Shown: positions 37,347-50,324, counted from the first letter of the stretch. The stretch is 64,000 nt of DNA from Felis catus (GCF_018350175.1 NC_058368.1:50655815-50719814), one strand, 5' to 3'. A program made the numbers and translations. The notes: generated from the sequence alone by a model not told the origin.

Positions 37347-38947
37347 TCCCTCTAGTGTGTTTTTAATTTCAGTTATTGAGCTCTTCATCTCTAGTTCTTT
37401 TGTTTGTTTTCTCTTTGTTAAGGGTATCACTGATGTCCTCTATTCTTTTCTCAAGTCCAGTCACTACCTGTATGTCCATTACTTTAAATTTTCTATCAGG
37501 AAGTTTATTTGTCTCCATTTCATTTAGGTCTCTTGCTATGATTTTTCCTGGTTTTACATTTGGGACATATTCCTCTGTCTCTTCAATTTGTCTAACTCCC
37601 TTTGTCTCTGTTTTTTAGGAAAGACAGCTATGTCTCCTGCATTGAGAATAGTGGCCTTATGAAGAAGAGGTCCCATAGTGCCCACTGTGTAGTGTCCCTT
37701 GTTCACCAGAACATGACGCTTTAGTGGTGTTTCCTATGTGTTGCATATGCCCTACTGTTGTGGTTGAGCCACTTTTGTGGTTCATCTTGTACAGCCATCT
37801 ACAATGGCTCTCTTTGCCTCTTGTGGACAGAGTTTGATCCCTGTGTTATTAGTGGGCCAGTCTGGGGCTGCCTTGGGCTGGAGTTGAATCAGACAAAGTA
37901 TTTGCCAGAGATACAGTGGCAGTGAAGTACAGGGTGCTTTTTCTGTGTTGTCCCCTGAGAAGCTTTTTTTAGTGAGCTGGGCCTGTAGTCAGACTGGATG
38001 TTGCCCCTAGTCCACCTCTGGGGCTGTAGTTGGACTGGTGTGTGTGGTTATCATTCTCTCTCCCCATGGAAGGAGTCACTTTGAAGTGGTGCTGACCCCT
38101 GTCGGAGCTGCTTGCACACTGGCAAGAGTTGTGGAACTACTATGGGTGGGCTCTGGCCAAGGTTGTATTTGAGGGGGCAGGTCCACAGGAGAACACAGGA
38201 GTGGGATGCACAGTGCCAGCAGAAGAACTGATATTAATCTTGGTCCTTTCCACCCTGAGTACTGCTTGGTTCTTTTCTCCAGCTACTGGAAGTTCCTCAC
38301 ATACATGAGCTTCTTAGGGCTCAACTGAACATTGAAAGGGACCATCTGTAAGTCTCAGAGCTGACTCTCTGTGCTGCTTTCTCCTCTACGGTACTCTGTA
38401 CTGCACACACTATTTGCTTTGGCTTCCTGAAACTCCCAGTTTGGGCTCCTCAACTTAGAATGGCCTCCAGGTTCAGCCTGGGTTTTCCTTCCGTAAGCCA
38501 TGGTCTGGAAACTTTCTCCATGTAGTGAGTTGGGGAAAAGCATAGGGCTTACCTCATGTGCTTCCCATCTTTTGGGGATCATCATTTTTCATTGCCTGCT
38601 ATCCTGGATCTTGAGTATCACTGATTCATATGCTTTGTTTTAGTTGTTTTAGGCAGGAAAGTAAACCCGGACCATGTTATTCTATCTTGAGCAAAAGTGC
38701 AAGTCTCAGTGGTTTTTTTAACTTAATATTATAGAATAAGCTTTTCTCTGTGTCATTAAAAATTGCTCAAAAACATTTAAAATTTATTTATAATATTTTG
38801 GTGTGCAGATGTAGCATAGTTGTAAAAATTTTTGCTATTATGAATAATATTTCCATGGACTTTTTTATTCTACCTTTATTGGCATAGAATTATGTAGTTA
38901 GATTATTTTCATAGAAATGGAGTAACTTAGTCCAAAAGATTGAGCAT

Positions 38948-39390
38948 TGTATTAGTTTTCTAGACTGCTTTAACAAAGTACCACAAATTGCATGGCTTAA
39001 ATAATATATTTTGTTGCTTCAAAACAGAGGCTAGAAGTCTGAAATCAAGGTTTATGCAAGATTGGCTTTTTTCTGAGGGATATGAAGAAAGATGTTTTCC
39101 ATGTTTTCCTACTTTCTGGTGATTTGCTATAAATCTTTGGCATTCCTTGGTTGATTTCTGTCTTCTGACCTTCATATAACATCTTTCTTAAGTGGGTGTC
39201 TGTGTCCAAATTTCCCCTTTTATAAACATATCAGTCATATTGATCTAAGAGTCTACCCTCCTCCATATGATCTTATCTTAACTAATTACCTCTGCACTGA
39301 CTCTACTTTCAAGTAAGCTCACATTTTGAGGAACTGGGAATTAGGGTTTCAATATAGGTATTTTGGTGGGCCACAATTCAACCCATAACA
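38948..39390 (-). mobile_element. MaLR solo LTR (MLT1C-like), inserted in an old L1ME fragment
   Basis: tgtattagttttctag..cacaattcaacccataaca; 5-bp TSD agcat/aacat. Confidence 0.9.
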
Positions 39391-40807
39391 AACATGCTGA
39401 AACTCTGTTATGTTACTTCCAAATTGAGTCTAGAAGGGTTATAACAAGAGATAGGTTGTATATTAAATACACCTTTTGTACAAGGATTTAAAGAACGTGC
39501 AAAAAAAATTAAAGAATTAAGTAATTTTTCACCATTTAAAGTACTGTAAATCAGCAGTTTATTGTTATATGTACTCATTCTTCTGTAACTATTTTATAAG
39601 CTTGAAAATATATTATAACACTTTGCCATTCCCCTTCTCTGAATTTGTTAGTCTCCCTATGGTTTCACTCTGAATTAGAAATATGTTTTCCTTTTCAATT
39701 TTCTACTGACTTTTCTTTCTAAGTGAACCTTTGTTTAGCTTACTTAATCTGTCTCTTTTTTCCAACCTGCTTTTATAGGTAAATGTTTAAAAAGCATGTG
39801 TGCCTCACCTAAATGAACTCTATCAGCAAATGTAGTGTGCAGTTTTCCTAAATTGAGTTGAACTCTATCACAAAATGTTATTTTTAAGAGTATTTGTCCT
39901 AATGTCTCTAAAATATTAGCAAACAAGGGAAGTAAGATTAAGTAAAATAACTACATATTCACTGAATATCTGACTCACAGATAGGTGTACAGGGTCCCAG
40001 TATATCCTGACCTGGAATTTAGAAATATCTGAATTTGCACAATTTCCTGGTGAGAAGAGCCACCAAGAACTGATTTACATAAAGATTTGTAACTGATATG
40101 AATGAAAGTGACAGTCCTGGTACTGGTGATGGGAACATAAGGGACAGGGATGACAAAATGGTAACATTCTCAGATAAGGTCTTCACCTTTCCTCTTTTAC
40201 TTTAACCCTCCCAATAAATTGTCAGTTTATTAATGCTAGCATCATCCTATTACTGAGACTAACGAAAATTGGGTTACCAAGGTAACGAAAAATAACTCAG
40301 ATTATTCATTCAAAAAAATTTAATATCTACTCTATACTCAGGACTGTGCTAGGTATTAAATACACAGTGGTGAAAAAAAAAGGCCTGGATTTCCCTGAAT
40401 CTTAAAATCCAGTCAAGAGAGAAGCAATATGAAAAAAGAAAAAAAAAACAGAAATATATTACTAATTATTAATGAAAATAATAATGATTTATATGAAAAC
40501 AGAAGCAACTTAAATCAGATTGGGAGATATGGTAAGGTCATCTTAAGAAGTAAACTGTAAGCTAATACCTGAGGAATGAGTAGGCATGTGCCAGGCACAA
40601 GTGGAAGGAAGGATCTTTCAGATAGAGAAAAAGAAGGGATGAACATACTGATGCAAGAAAGAGCTTAATGCATTCAAATAATTAAAAGACATCATAGCTA
40701 GAATATAATGATCAGGATTGATGAGATTGGGTTGGTGAAAACAGCAGGGATATGATAATGTAGAACATTGTTAGGGCATGTTTACAATTTTGGGTTTCAT
40801 TGGGTAA

Positions 40808-41784
40808 AGTGAAAACATATGGTATCTGTCTTTCTCTGTATGACTTATTTCACTTAGCATAACACTCTCCAGTTCCATCCACGTTGCTACAAAAGGCCAT
40901 ATTTCATTCTTCCTCCTTGCCACGTAGTATTCCATTGTGTATATAAACCACAATTTATCCATTCATCAGTTGATGGACATTTAGGCTCTTTCCATAATTT
41001 GGCTATTGTTGAAAGTGCTGCTATAAACATTGGGGTAAAAGTACCCCTATGCATCAGCACTCCTGTATCCCTTGGGTAAATTCCTAGCAGTGCTACTGCT
41101 GGGTCATGGGGTAGATCTATTTTTACTTTGTTGAGGAACCTCCACACTGTTTTCCAGAGTGGCTGCACCAGTTTGCATTCCCCCCAACACTGCAAGAGGG
41201 CTCATGTTTCTCCACATCCTCTCCAGCATCTATAGTCTCCTGATTTGTTCATTTTAGCCACTCTGACTGGCATGAGGTGGTATCTCAGGGTAGTGAATGA
41301 GAAAGAATGAAATATGGCCTTTTGTAGCAACGTGGATGGAACTGGAGAGTGTTATGTTAAGTGAAATAAATCATACAGAGAAAGACAGATACAATATGTT
41401 TTCACTCTTATGTGGATCCTGAGAAACTTAACAGAAGACCATGGGGGAGGGGAAGGAAAAAAAAAAAAGAGAGGGAGAGAGCCAAACCATAAGAGACTCT
41501 TAAAAACTGAGAATAAACTGAGGGTTGATGGGGGGTGGGAGGGAGGGGAGGGTGGGTGATGGGCATTGATGAGGGCACCTATTGGGATGAGCACTGGGTG
41601 TTGTATGGAAACCAATTTGACAATAAATTTCATATTAAAAAAAAACTGAGAACAAACTGAGGGTTGATGGGGGGTGGGAGGGAAGGAAGGGTGGATGATG
41701 GGTATTGAAGAGGGGACCTGTTGGGATGAGCACTGGGTGTTGTATAGAAACCAATTTAAAAATAAATTTCATATTAAAAAAAAA
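40808..41784 (+). mobile_element. 5'-inverted (twin-primed) truncated felid L1 with a duplicated 3' end
   Basis: Antisense ORF2 C-terminus 40808-41294 ([16 protein letters not shown]), sense 3' end 41296-41784; TSD tgggtaaagt at 40801-40810 and 42021-42030. Confidence 0.93.
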
Positions 41785-41792
41785 GTGGGCTC

Positions 41793-42019
41793 GGGCGCCT
41801 GGGTGGCGCAGTCGGTTAAGCCTCCGACTTCAGCCAGGTCACGATCTCGCGGTCCATGAGTTCGAGCCCCGCATCAGGCTCTGGGCTGATGGCTCAGAGC
41901 CTGGAGCCTGTTTCCGATTCTGTGTCTCCCTCTCTCTCTGCCCCTCCCCTGTTCATGCTCTGTCTCTCTCTGTCCCAAAAATAAATAAAAACGTTGAAAA
42001 AAAAAATTAAAAAAAAAAA
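41793..42019 (+). mobile_element. Young SINEC_Fc-type Can-SINE
   Basis: Same diagnostic subfamily as 22015 and 30749; (A)n-gtggg on both flanks. Confidence 0.97.
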
Positions 42020-43661
42020 GTGGGTAAAGTAAGTGTAGGACATGGCTAATTTAATTATCATGAGTGGAATGGATGATAAAGGACAAAGGAAAAAGCAGTA
42101 AGTCAAGATGAAAGAGTGGTGGCAGTTGGGGTATTCCAGATGTAGTTTTGAGGAAGCACTGAAACCATCAGGAAAAAGAAGAGCTTTTTTTTTGTATGTG
42201 GGAAAGTCTGGAGAGGCAAAGAGAGATCTCAAAGATCTTCTACTTCTCTGGCATCAAGTTTGATGCCAATTACTTATAACAGGGGAACAAGTCTAAGGTC
42301 AAAATTGACTCAAAGATTGAGAGTTCGGTTTTACATATGTTAAGGAATTTAGGTTGCCCATTTGATAGTCATGAGATGTCCAGAAGAAGTCAACTATAAA
42401 AGTCTAGAGATCCCAAGAGTAGCCTGAGTTGGGAGCACATGTGTGAGAGTCACCACCACTGAAATGTTATTGAAGACCAAGAACATAGATAGGATCACCT
42501 AGTGAGAAAATCTAGTACAAAAACTTAAGACAGTCTGAGGCCAGCCTCTGTAGAACTCCAACATCTAACAACTGCTTGGAGCAAGAAGCCAGAGTTAATG
42601 GAACTGGAGAGGAGCATTTCAGAGGACAGAAGACAATAGTTAAGAAGATGTGGTATCTAGAAAACAAGAAAAAAGAGACAGAGTATGCTAATGGCTAAGA
42701 AGTCCATTGCATTTTGGCAGGTAGAGGCTTTTGCAGCTTTAGCAAGAGTTGTTTCTTTGAAAAAGTAAGGGGAGAATCCCTAATGATATGATTTAAAAAG
42801 GGAAAAGTAAGTAGTAAGGTAGAAACAGTAATAGCAGATGACACTTTTGAGATTCTGTATTATACAGAGAAACAGAAAAACAGAATAGGGCCAGAAAGGG
42901 ATGTGGAATCAAGGAAAGTTTTGGCTTTGTCTTTTTAAAAAGATATGAATTATCAGAGCTAATTTGTAAGCTGTTAGGGAAGATCCTATTGATGAAAGAG
43001 ACTGAATATGCAAGTGGAGAGGAAATACACAAAAAATAAACGCCAGAACTTAAGAGGCATTGGCATTTGCCAGGAGTTGGGCTTTCCCTTTGCCATAAAG
43101 AAGAGGAAGAGACTAAGATGGTCCACAAAGATGGAGACTTGGTAAAGCAAGATGAGATTATATAGAAAAGAATGAAGGCCAAAGATTTTCTAATATTTTT
43201 TAGGAAATATGATCTCATTAATTATAAAATATGTTAAAATAAACTTATTTACATAATTTATACATATGCACGTTATAGTTTCTATAAACAACAAATACAA
43301 CAAGTAAACATATTATAGTTTCTATAAAAATAAACGACAAATACAGTTAAATATGCAGCAAATTAGGCAATGGAACTGTCCCCTTTTACATGTTGTCTTA
43401 TAAAGTAGGTCTTATATCATCTAAAGGCCTTAAATTTTAAGGACAGAAATAAAAGTTCAACTTATGTGAATGTCTGAGAGTATATTTGATGAAATATGTT
43501 GCTAGAAACCATCAAAAGTTCGAGGGATTATGGCTCTAATATAAAGCCAGCTTTATTCCATCTGTAGGAATCTGGTAATACATGCAATAAAATGTAACAG
43601 TCTCAATAAAGGATGTTGTATTCCATTGTTTTCCTTCCCCCAATCTTACATTTGCAGAGGA

Positions 43662-43873
43662 TTTTTTTAATGTTTTTTATTTATTTTTGAGAGAGAGAAA
43701 GAGAGAGAGTGCAAGCAGGGGGAGATGCAGAGAGAGAGGGAGACACAGAATCCAAAGCAGGCTCCAGACTGAGCTGTCAGCACAGCCTGATGCAGGACTT
43801 GAACCCATCAACTGTACGGTCCTGACCTGAGCTGAAGTTGGTAGCTTAACCAACTGAGCCACCCAGGCACCCC
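43662..43873 (-). mobile_element. Can-SINE
   Basis: Full SINE; gcagagga on both flanks. Confidence 0.95.
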
Positions 43874-44268
43874 AAGCAGAGGACTTTTGTTTGGTCTCCT
43901 CTGATTAGGAAAATACATTAACAAGGAGCTATTACATAACATTTATTTTTCATGACAAGCAAAAAAAAGTAACTTCTTCCTACATTGTTTACTTTAATGA
44001 TTTATTCTCAGCGCTTTTTTTTTTCATCTTTAGATTCTGACTGAAAAACTCAAATTCAGTTTTAGTTCCATTAAGGACAAAATGATTCATTTGGTGCTGT
44101 GATAGATTTCTCTCTCCCTCCCTCCCTTCTTCCTTCCTTCTTTCCTTTTCCTGCACTTTCCTTCCTTCTTTTTTCTCTCCTTTCCTTTCTTTATTCCTTC
44201 ATTTCTTTGTGTGTTTTGTGACCAGCCATCCTGACTGAAGATTGGAAAATGAAAATATATTTATTCTA

Positions 44269-44400
44269 GAGGCACCTGGGTGGCTCAGTCAGTTAAGTTA
44301 AACATCTCACTCTTGATTTCGTCTCAGGTCATGATCTCATGGTTTCTGAGTTCGAGCCCTGCATGGGGCTCTGCACTGACAGCATGGAGCCTGCTTGGGA

Positions 44401-44443
<43 letters not shown>

Positions 44444-44490
44444 CCTCCCCCACTCACTCTCTCTCTCTCAAAAAAATTAATAAACATTTT
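44269..44490 (+). mobile_element. Can-SINE
   Basis: gcacctgggtggctcagtcagttaag..(CT)n..tcaaaaaa. Confidence 0.94.
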
Positions 44491-46071
44491 TAAAGAGATG
44501 TGTATTCCAAAATATCATTCAGAAATTCAATTATTGCTGTATTGGCTACCTGAAAAGTGAGCATGAATATCTTCTAAGGCCACTTTTAATTCTCTGATTC
44601 AACATCATTCTAAAATGAACAATATTCTCATAAATAAGTATGGAACCAGGAAGAAGAGAAAACGTATCAGCAATTGTGTGTGTAATCCCATTAGCCAAGA
44701 CAACCCTGTTACCTTCCAGTTGGATTTACTGTCTGGCATTGGTTCAGGATGTCCATACACTAGCCTTATTTTGGACTTGTGCTTGGAAAGCTGTCCATGG
44801 TAGAAATCCTAATTATAGATCCACTGGCAGTGGTAATAGATAGGTTTTAGGACAAGAGGCCAATGAGGCTTGTACTATGTTTACTAGTTTGGTACTTTAG
44901 GTAAAATTTAAAAAATAAGAACCTTTGAAGTATAGGAAGGAAAACTAGTATTTTTACAACCCAATTAATTAAACTTCAATACCAACTAATATCTAAAATA
45001 ATTTCAAAAAGTTATCTGATCTCCTATTTTAAATATATTCATTAAACTATATACTCCTATGTAAATGGCAATTATATTCATAAATTGTTATCTATATTCT
45101 TAAACGTCTTCAGAAGTGATAATCATGCAAGCTCCTTGCCTTGTGCTCCTGAGATTCACAGTTGGGGTATTTCCCTACTGATATTTAGTGAGCATTACGT
45201 GTTACAACTTAAATTGACTTCTTCTTGTTCTGACTTTAATGAGGATTATCTTCCTTAAAAATTATGGCTCATTTTACAGAATTTCATCAGAACAAATCAA
45301 ACCCAAGCCGAATTAGAAGAGTCAACATATTTTTGCAGAGGTGCAGAAGAGATTTTCTTAATGACTTTCTCAGCTTTTATACGAAATGTAACTCAATTGA
45401 ATTTTCAGTAACTGTCAACATTGTTAAGGAAGAAATTATTACAACCTTATATGTATTTTATGATTTCTCTGAAATGAAATAATTTCAGACTTTAATATTT
45501 TTCTTGTCAATGAGCAACTTGGCATCCGGATTAAATACTGGCATAAATCTGCTGTTAGGGAGGCTAAGACTTTAGGAAGGAAGGGATGTTTGAGCTAGAC
45601 TTTAGAGAATGAAAACAGTTCAGAAGGCAGAAATTCTGAAAGCCACTCTCAGTTCAAGGAACCACGATGATGTAGGGTCATTGTGAATATTTCTGAAAAA
45701 TCCATTATTTTGCGTTGTTCCTGTTTTTGAATTATTACAATCTTCTTGTTACCCTGTTTCTGTTACATTTTCCCTGTTCTCACCATCAGCCAGCCTGCTT
45801 TCTCACTTCTACTTTTCATGGTGACTGAAATCAAGGAAATAATTTAGAAAGTTGTTGCAGTAAGAATCAGGATTTTGCCATTTGCCAATATCACATGACT
45901 ATGTGGAGGTATGCATGAGGTAATGCAAGTATTTGCCACCAGAAGCAACTCATGTCATAGTTTCTCTTAAAAAAAGAAAAAGAAAAAACAAAGAAGATAT
46001 AGAACTTGAAGAAATATACAGCTTCTTGCCACAGGAAGACTTGAATTAAGCACTTTTCTGAACATCTTCAA

Positions 46072-46492
46072 ATCTTTTATTTTTATTCAAGTGAAATTAA
46101 CATACAGTCTTATATTAATTTCAGGTGTCGAGTATACTGACTCAACAATTCTATACATTTCTCAGTGCTCATCACAATAAATGTACTCTCAATATCCTTT
46201 ATCTATTTCACCCATCCCCCTACCTACCTATCTTCTGGAAACCACCAGTTTGTTCTTAGTAGTTAAGAGTCTCTTTTTCTGTTTTAGTTTTTTTTTTCTT
46301 TGTTTGTTCATTTGTTTTGTTTCCTAAATTCCATATTTGAGGGAAATGATATGGTATTTTTCTCTGGCTGGCATATTTCACTTAGCATTATACCTTCTAG
46401 GTCCATCCATGCTGTTGTAAGTGGCAAGATTTCATTCTTTTTTAAGGCTGAGTAATATTCCATTGCATGTCTATGCTACATATTCTTTATCC
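46072..46492 (-). mobile_element. Carnivore L1 3' end, truncated
   Basis: ttatattaatttcaggtgt..cagtgctcatcacaataa..ccatccatgctgttgtaagtggcaagatttcattcttttt. Confidence 0.88.
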
Positions 46493-48144
46493 AATTATCT
46501 CAAATGTTATCTCAAATGTCATCTTTCTGGTAAGATGGGATTTCTATTAGTAGAACTAAATAGCACTATGTAGAATGTGAACAAGGTAGAAAATAACTTT
46601 ATAGAAAAATGATTATATATATTTATATATAATTAGTTTTTGTATATAATGATACATATAATATAAATGGCTACATACACACACACAAAGGACTATATCT
46701 GGTGTGTATGCACAAGTGTGGATATTTCAAATGATAGTCTAAACAATTATTATTATAATTTTCTTTTTCGGAACACAAATATCTTCCTTTTAACTAGACA
46801 CAAAAACAGAATTTTTTTTTTTCACTCTAAGCAGAAAGTAGTTCACAACTTCCCAGGAGAGAGTCTTACAAATGACAAGTCAAATCTAAGCCCACAGCAG
46901 ATGACAGGTTTGTCAACAAACTGACTTTTGACCATTTATGTCACACTGTAAATGAAACGGCTGCTTGACTGACTCCCTGAGATGAAAACCAGCTGTGTGA
47001 TGGTTGGTTACTCATTGCATTTTAATTGTTACTTGCCCTCCATAAGAGAGGATTAAAATTGTTATGTTTGCTAATGAACCAAAAAATATGGAAAGCATTT
47101 TATTCTTGGAAGCATTTTTGACAGAATGCATGTTGATATTAGAGGGGAAAAAGTCCCCTATGACAATGTCCTTGAGCTATTGCCTATTAAAACCTCAATT
47201 AACAATGTGAACTTGATCAGTACTAAATAGATACTCTGAATTTACTTATTTTTTTTACTCTGAGTTTAAATTACAGGATTACTTTTGTCATTTCCAATAT
47301 ATTTTGATGTTTCCAATGTGAAGACTTCCAGTTCATAACATCTCAGCAGAAAACGCTCAAATTGTTTAAACCATTTCACTGAGGAAGTAAACTTAAGCTT
47401 ATGTGCAAAAGGAGCAACTTAACTGAAAGTTTGAGAGCCCAATATGTATATTAAAGGCAGTGATGAATTATATTATGGATGCTTTTGCATTGTAGAAACT
47501 GAGGAACAGCCCAGATCTATTTTTATTTATCAGGACTATCACATAGTAATTTGATAGTTCCAAACAATTAGCCATTAAATACTTTTGAAAGATATTTCCT
47601 CTCTTTTGTGTTTCAAACTGTGAAATGACTTGAAGAATATATTTGTGAAGAAAACACCCTAAGTGGAAAAGGGACTGAATTAAAGCTCAAGAAATCTGAA
47701 TATACCCTTCTTTCTCTGACTTTGCTGTGGCTCATATGGAAAAGCCTTTTCATTTGCATTTGGATGTGATTTCCCCAGTAAAAAGCCAGATATGCTCTGT
47801 CCTAGTTTGGAGAAATGATTTGGGCCTTTAGGTCTGACTTAATTTAAGTGGAAAAGCCCTTTCCTAGGTAGAAATATCAGTAAAGTTAAATTCTCAATGT
47901 TTTGTGTTTTATGTTTTTATTTTCATTATTTCTATTCTATAGAAGTGCTTTTATATTTTCATTAGTATATGACCTCTTTAATTTGAAAAGGTCTACAATT
48001 TTCCTTCCATTTTTTATGTAATCTGTGTGAAATCAAAGGTGGATATGTATATGTGGATGGCTGAAGGCTGTATTAGCAAGAATGCAAGTTGATGTTTTGT
48101 TCAATTTTGCTTTGCTTCATTGAATCATAGAAAATTTGGACCCA

Positions 48145-48307
48145 GCTTGTTATGATGAGTGATCACTGGGTGTTATATGTACATGATGTATCACTAAATT
48201 CTACTCCTGAAACCAATATTACACTATATGTTAACTAACTAGAATTTAAATAAAAAAATTGAAACAAAACCAAACAACAACAACAACAAAATGAAAACAG
48301 AAAAAAG
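48145..48307 (+). mobile_element. Severely 5'-truncated carnivore L1 3' end
   Basis: cactgggtgttatatgta..aattctactcctgaaaccaatattacactatatgttaactaact; 13-bp TSD aaatttggaccca. Confidence 0.9.
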
Positions 48308-50324
48308 AAATTTGGACCCAAAGGATATAGTTCACATCTTTATATTACAAATGAGAAAATACACTCAGGAGATTTGATTGGCTTATCCAAGTAGATTCAT
48401 AAAGATGGTGGACAGGTGACAATAGCCGAGAACATATTCTAATGGGTTTTCTACTACCCTACATTATTCTCCTGAAAGACTTCTTTGCTGATGCGAGTCT
48501 CTTTTGGTTCCAGCATGACCAAATTATTTTACTGAAGCTTTCAAATCCTGTGAATGCTCTGATACATGAATATTTGGACGCTCTCTCTGTAAAGTTTAGT
48601 TTCATGATAAGACTACAACCATCTGAAGTCAGCCCAAAGGCAGCTGAAATAATGGCTCTCATTGTAATTCTCAGAATGTTACCTCAGAAAGCCACTGGTT
48701 CAGAGAGGAGTCTATAAATAACTAGAATACAATGTCACAACTTTGAGAAGTGAGACATTCACTTATATTCAAACAGCTTTTCTCACAAAAGATAAAACCA
48801 GCTGGCATGTGAAGGGTGGATTTTGACTAGGCCGAATTTTAAATTGCAGCTGATGGATTAGATATTCACAAGATTTTAATAAATTTTCTCAATACTATGT
48901 TTGATCATTCAATAGGCATCACCAAAGTCTAGCAAAATATAGGGAGTAGCCAAAAATATTAGAAAATAAACATGTCATTCTGGATGACTTTTTTAAAAAA
49001 GTAATTCTTAACATCAAACTACCTCATCAGAGGGTTAACTATAATAAGCTTATGCCCTTTGAATATTTGATTATATGTAATGATTTTATCATACCAGACC
49101 AGTCTATCTTCTACTGTCAGTTTATGAAAGGAAACAGTGCTGTTATATCATTCATTTCTTGTGAGGATATTTGGCTATTTAATTTCCATTTAATACCTTA
49201 CACTTTAAATTGTGACCCATGACACTTCTATGTTAAATAAGCAAATTTCTCTGCTTCTGACTTGAGTTTGAAAATACTGTTCGTGCCTCTTTTTTTCTTG
49301 TTTCTTTTTCCAGATCAAATAATTCACACAAACTGCTGTGATTTCTCTCATTACTTTTATTCACCATTGAAATCATTAGAATTTCAACAATTAATAATGA
49401 ATTATTTCTGCTTAATGTATTAGGTATGTAATTGGAGTTCTATATATGGCACTCATATACATTTAAAAAATCTCTTTTAAATGGCTCATGTAAATTTTAA
49501 GTCTTAACTTAATTTGTGTTATTTAATATTTATTAATTATTTCTAATTTAGACCCTTAATACTTCTAGAAGTGATGGAAGACATCTTACAACCAAAGATG
49601 TATATAAAACATAACTATTAAAATATAACAATGAAAGTAATACAATGCCAGAGGGGAGAAATTAAATACTAAACACAAAACCAGGGGGGGAAGTATGACC
49701 AAAAAACTATTCCAAATGAATACTAAGTTTAATTTGGATTTTTACTCTGGGCAAAGTGAATGAGTATGCAGAACAATTCCATTCTGAGGGCTCTCCCACT
49801 AACATCCTCAGAAATGTGAAAAATTGGATGTTTTTCTAAGCACCTATAGACATGAAACAATTGCCAAGACACATTGTTCTGATGCCATCCCAGGCTGGAA
49901 ATATCCAGGGGCAGATGCTCCTGCCTAAATGGGGACTCTGGGGTCTAAAAGTATGGCTTGGGAATGAGCCAAAGTAAAGCAGTATCATCCATAACACCAA
50001 GATGTGGCCTCACTCCAAGTCTATGTTAACAATATTTGAAAGGAAAAAGATGGAATCAAGGCCAGAAAAAACTAGTTATTGTCATCAATCATATTTTATG
50101 CTGCCATCCAGTTAAATGAGACTTATAATTCAGAGACTAACTTGATTTTTACTTAGGTCTACATTTGCATATGAAATTCTGGGTCAGCTTCATTTGCATA
50201 TACATGAATAGACATATATATGCTACAAAAAATACCTCCTTGAAAATAATATAACTTTAAAACCTTCTCAAAAGTCATTGTTTAGTATGAAATAATAAAA
50301 AGCAGTCTTCCTTTATCTTAAGTA

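Larger units (their letters stand above)
32325..38220 (-). mobile_element. Carnivore LINE-1, about 5.9 kb, decayed; covers 5'UTR, ORF1 and most of ORF2 but lacks the 3' end
   Basis: Minus-strand peptides [59 protein letters not shown]. Confidence 0.95.
40300..43200 (-). mobile_element. L2 element split by the L1+SINE insertion at 40808-42020
   Basis: ttcattcaaaaaaatttaatatctact..ctgtgctagg; gagttcggttttacatatgttaag; gatcacctagtgagaaaat. Confidence 0.75.
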
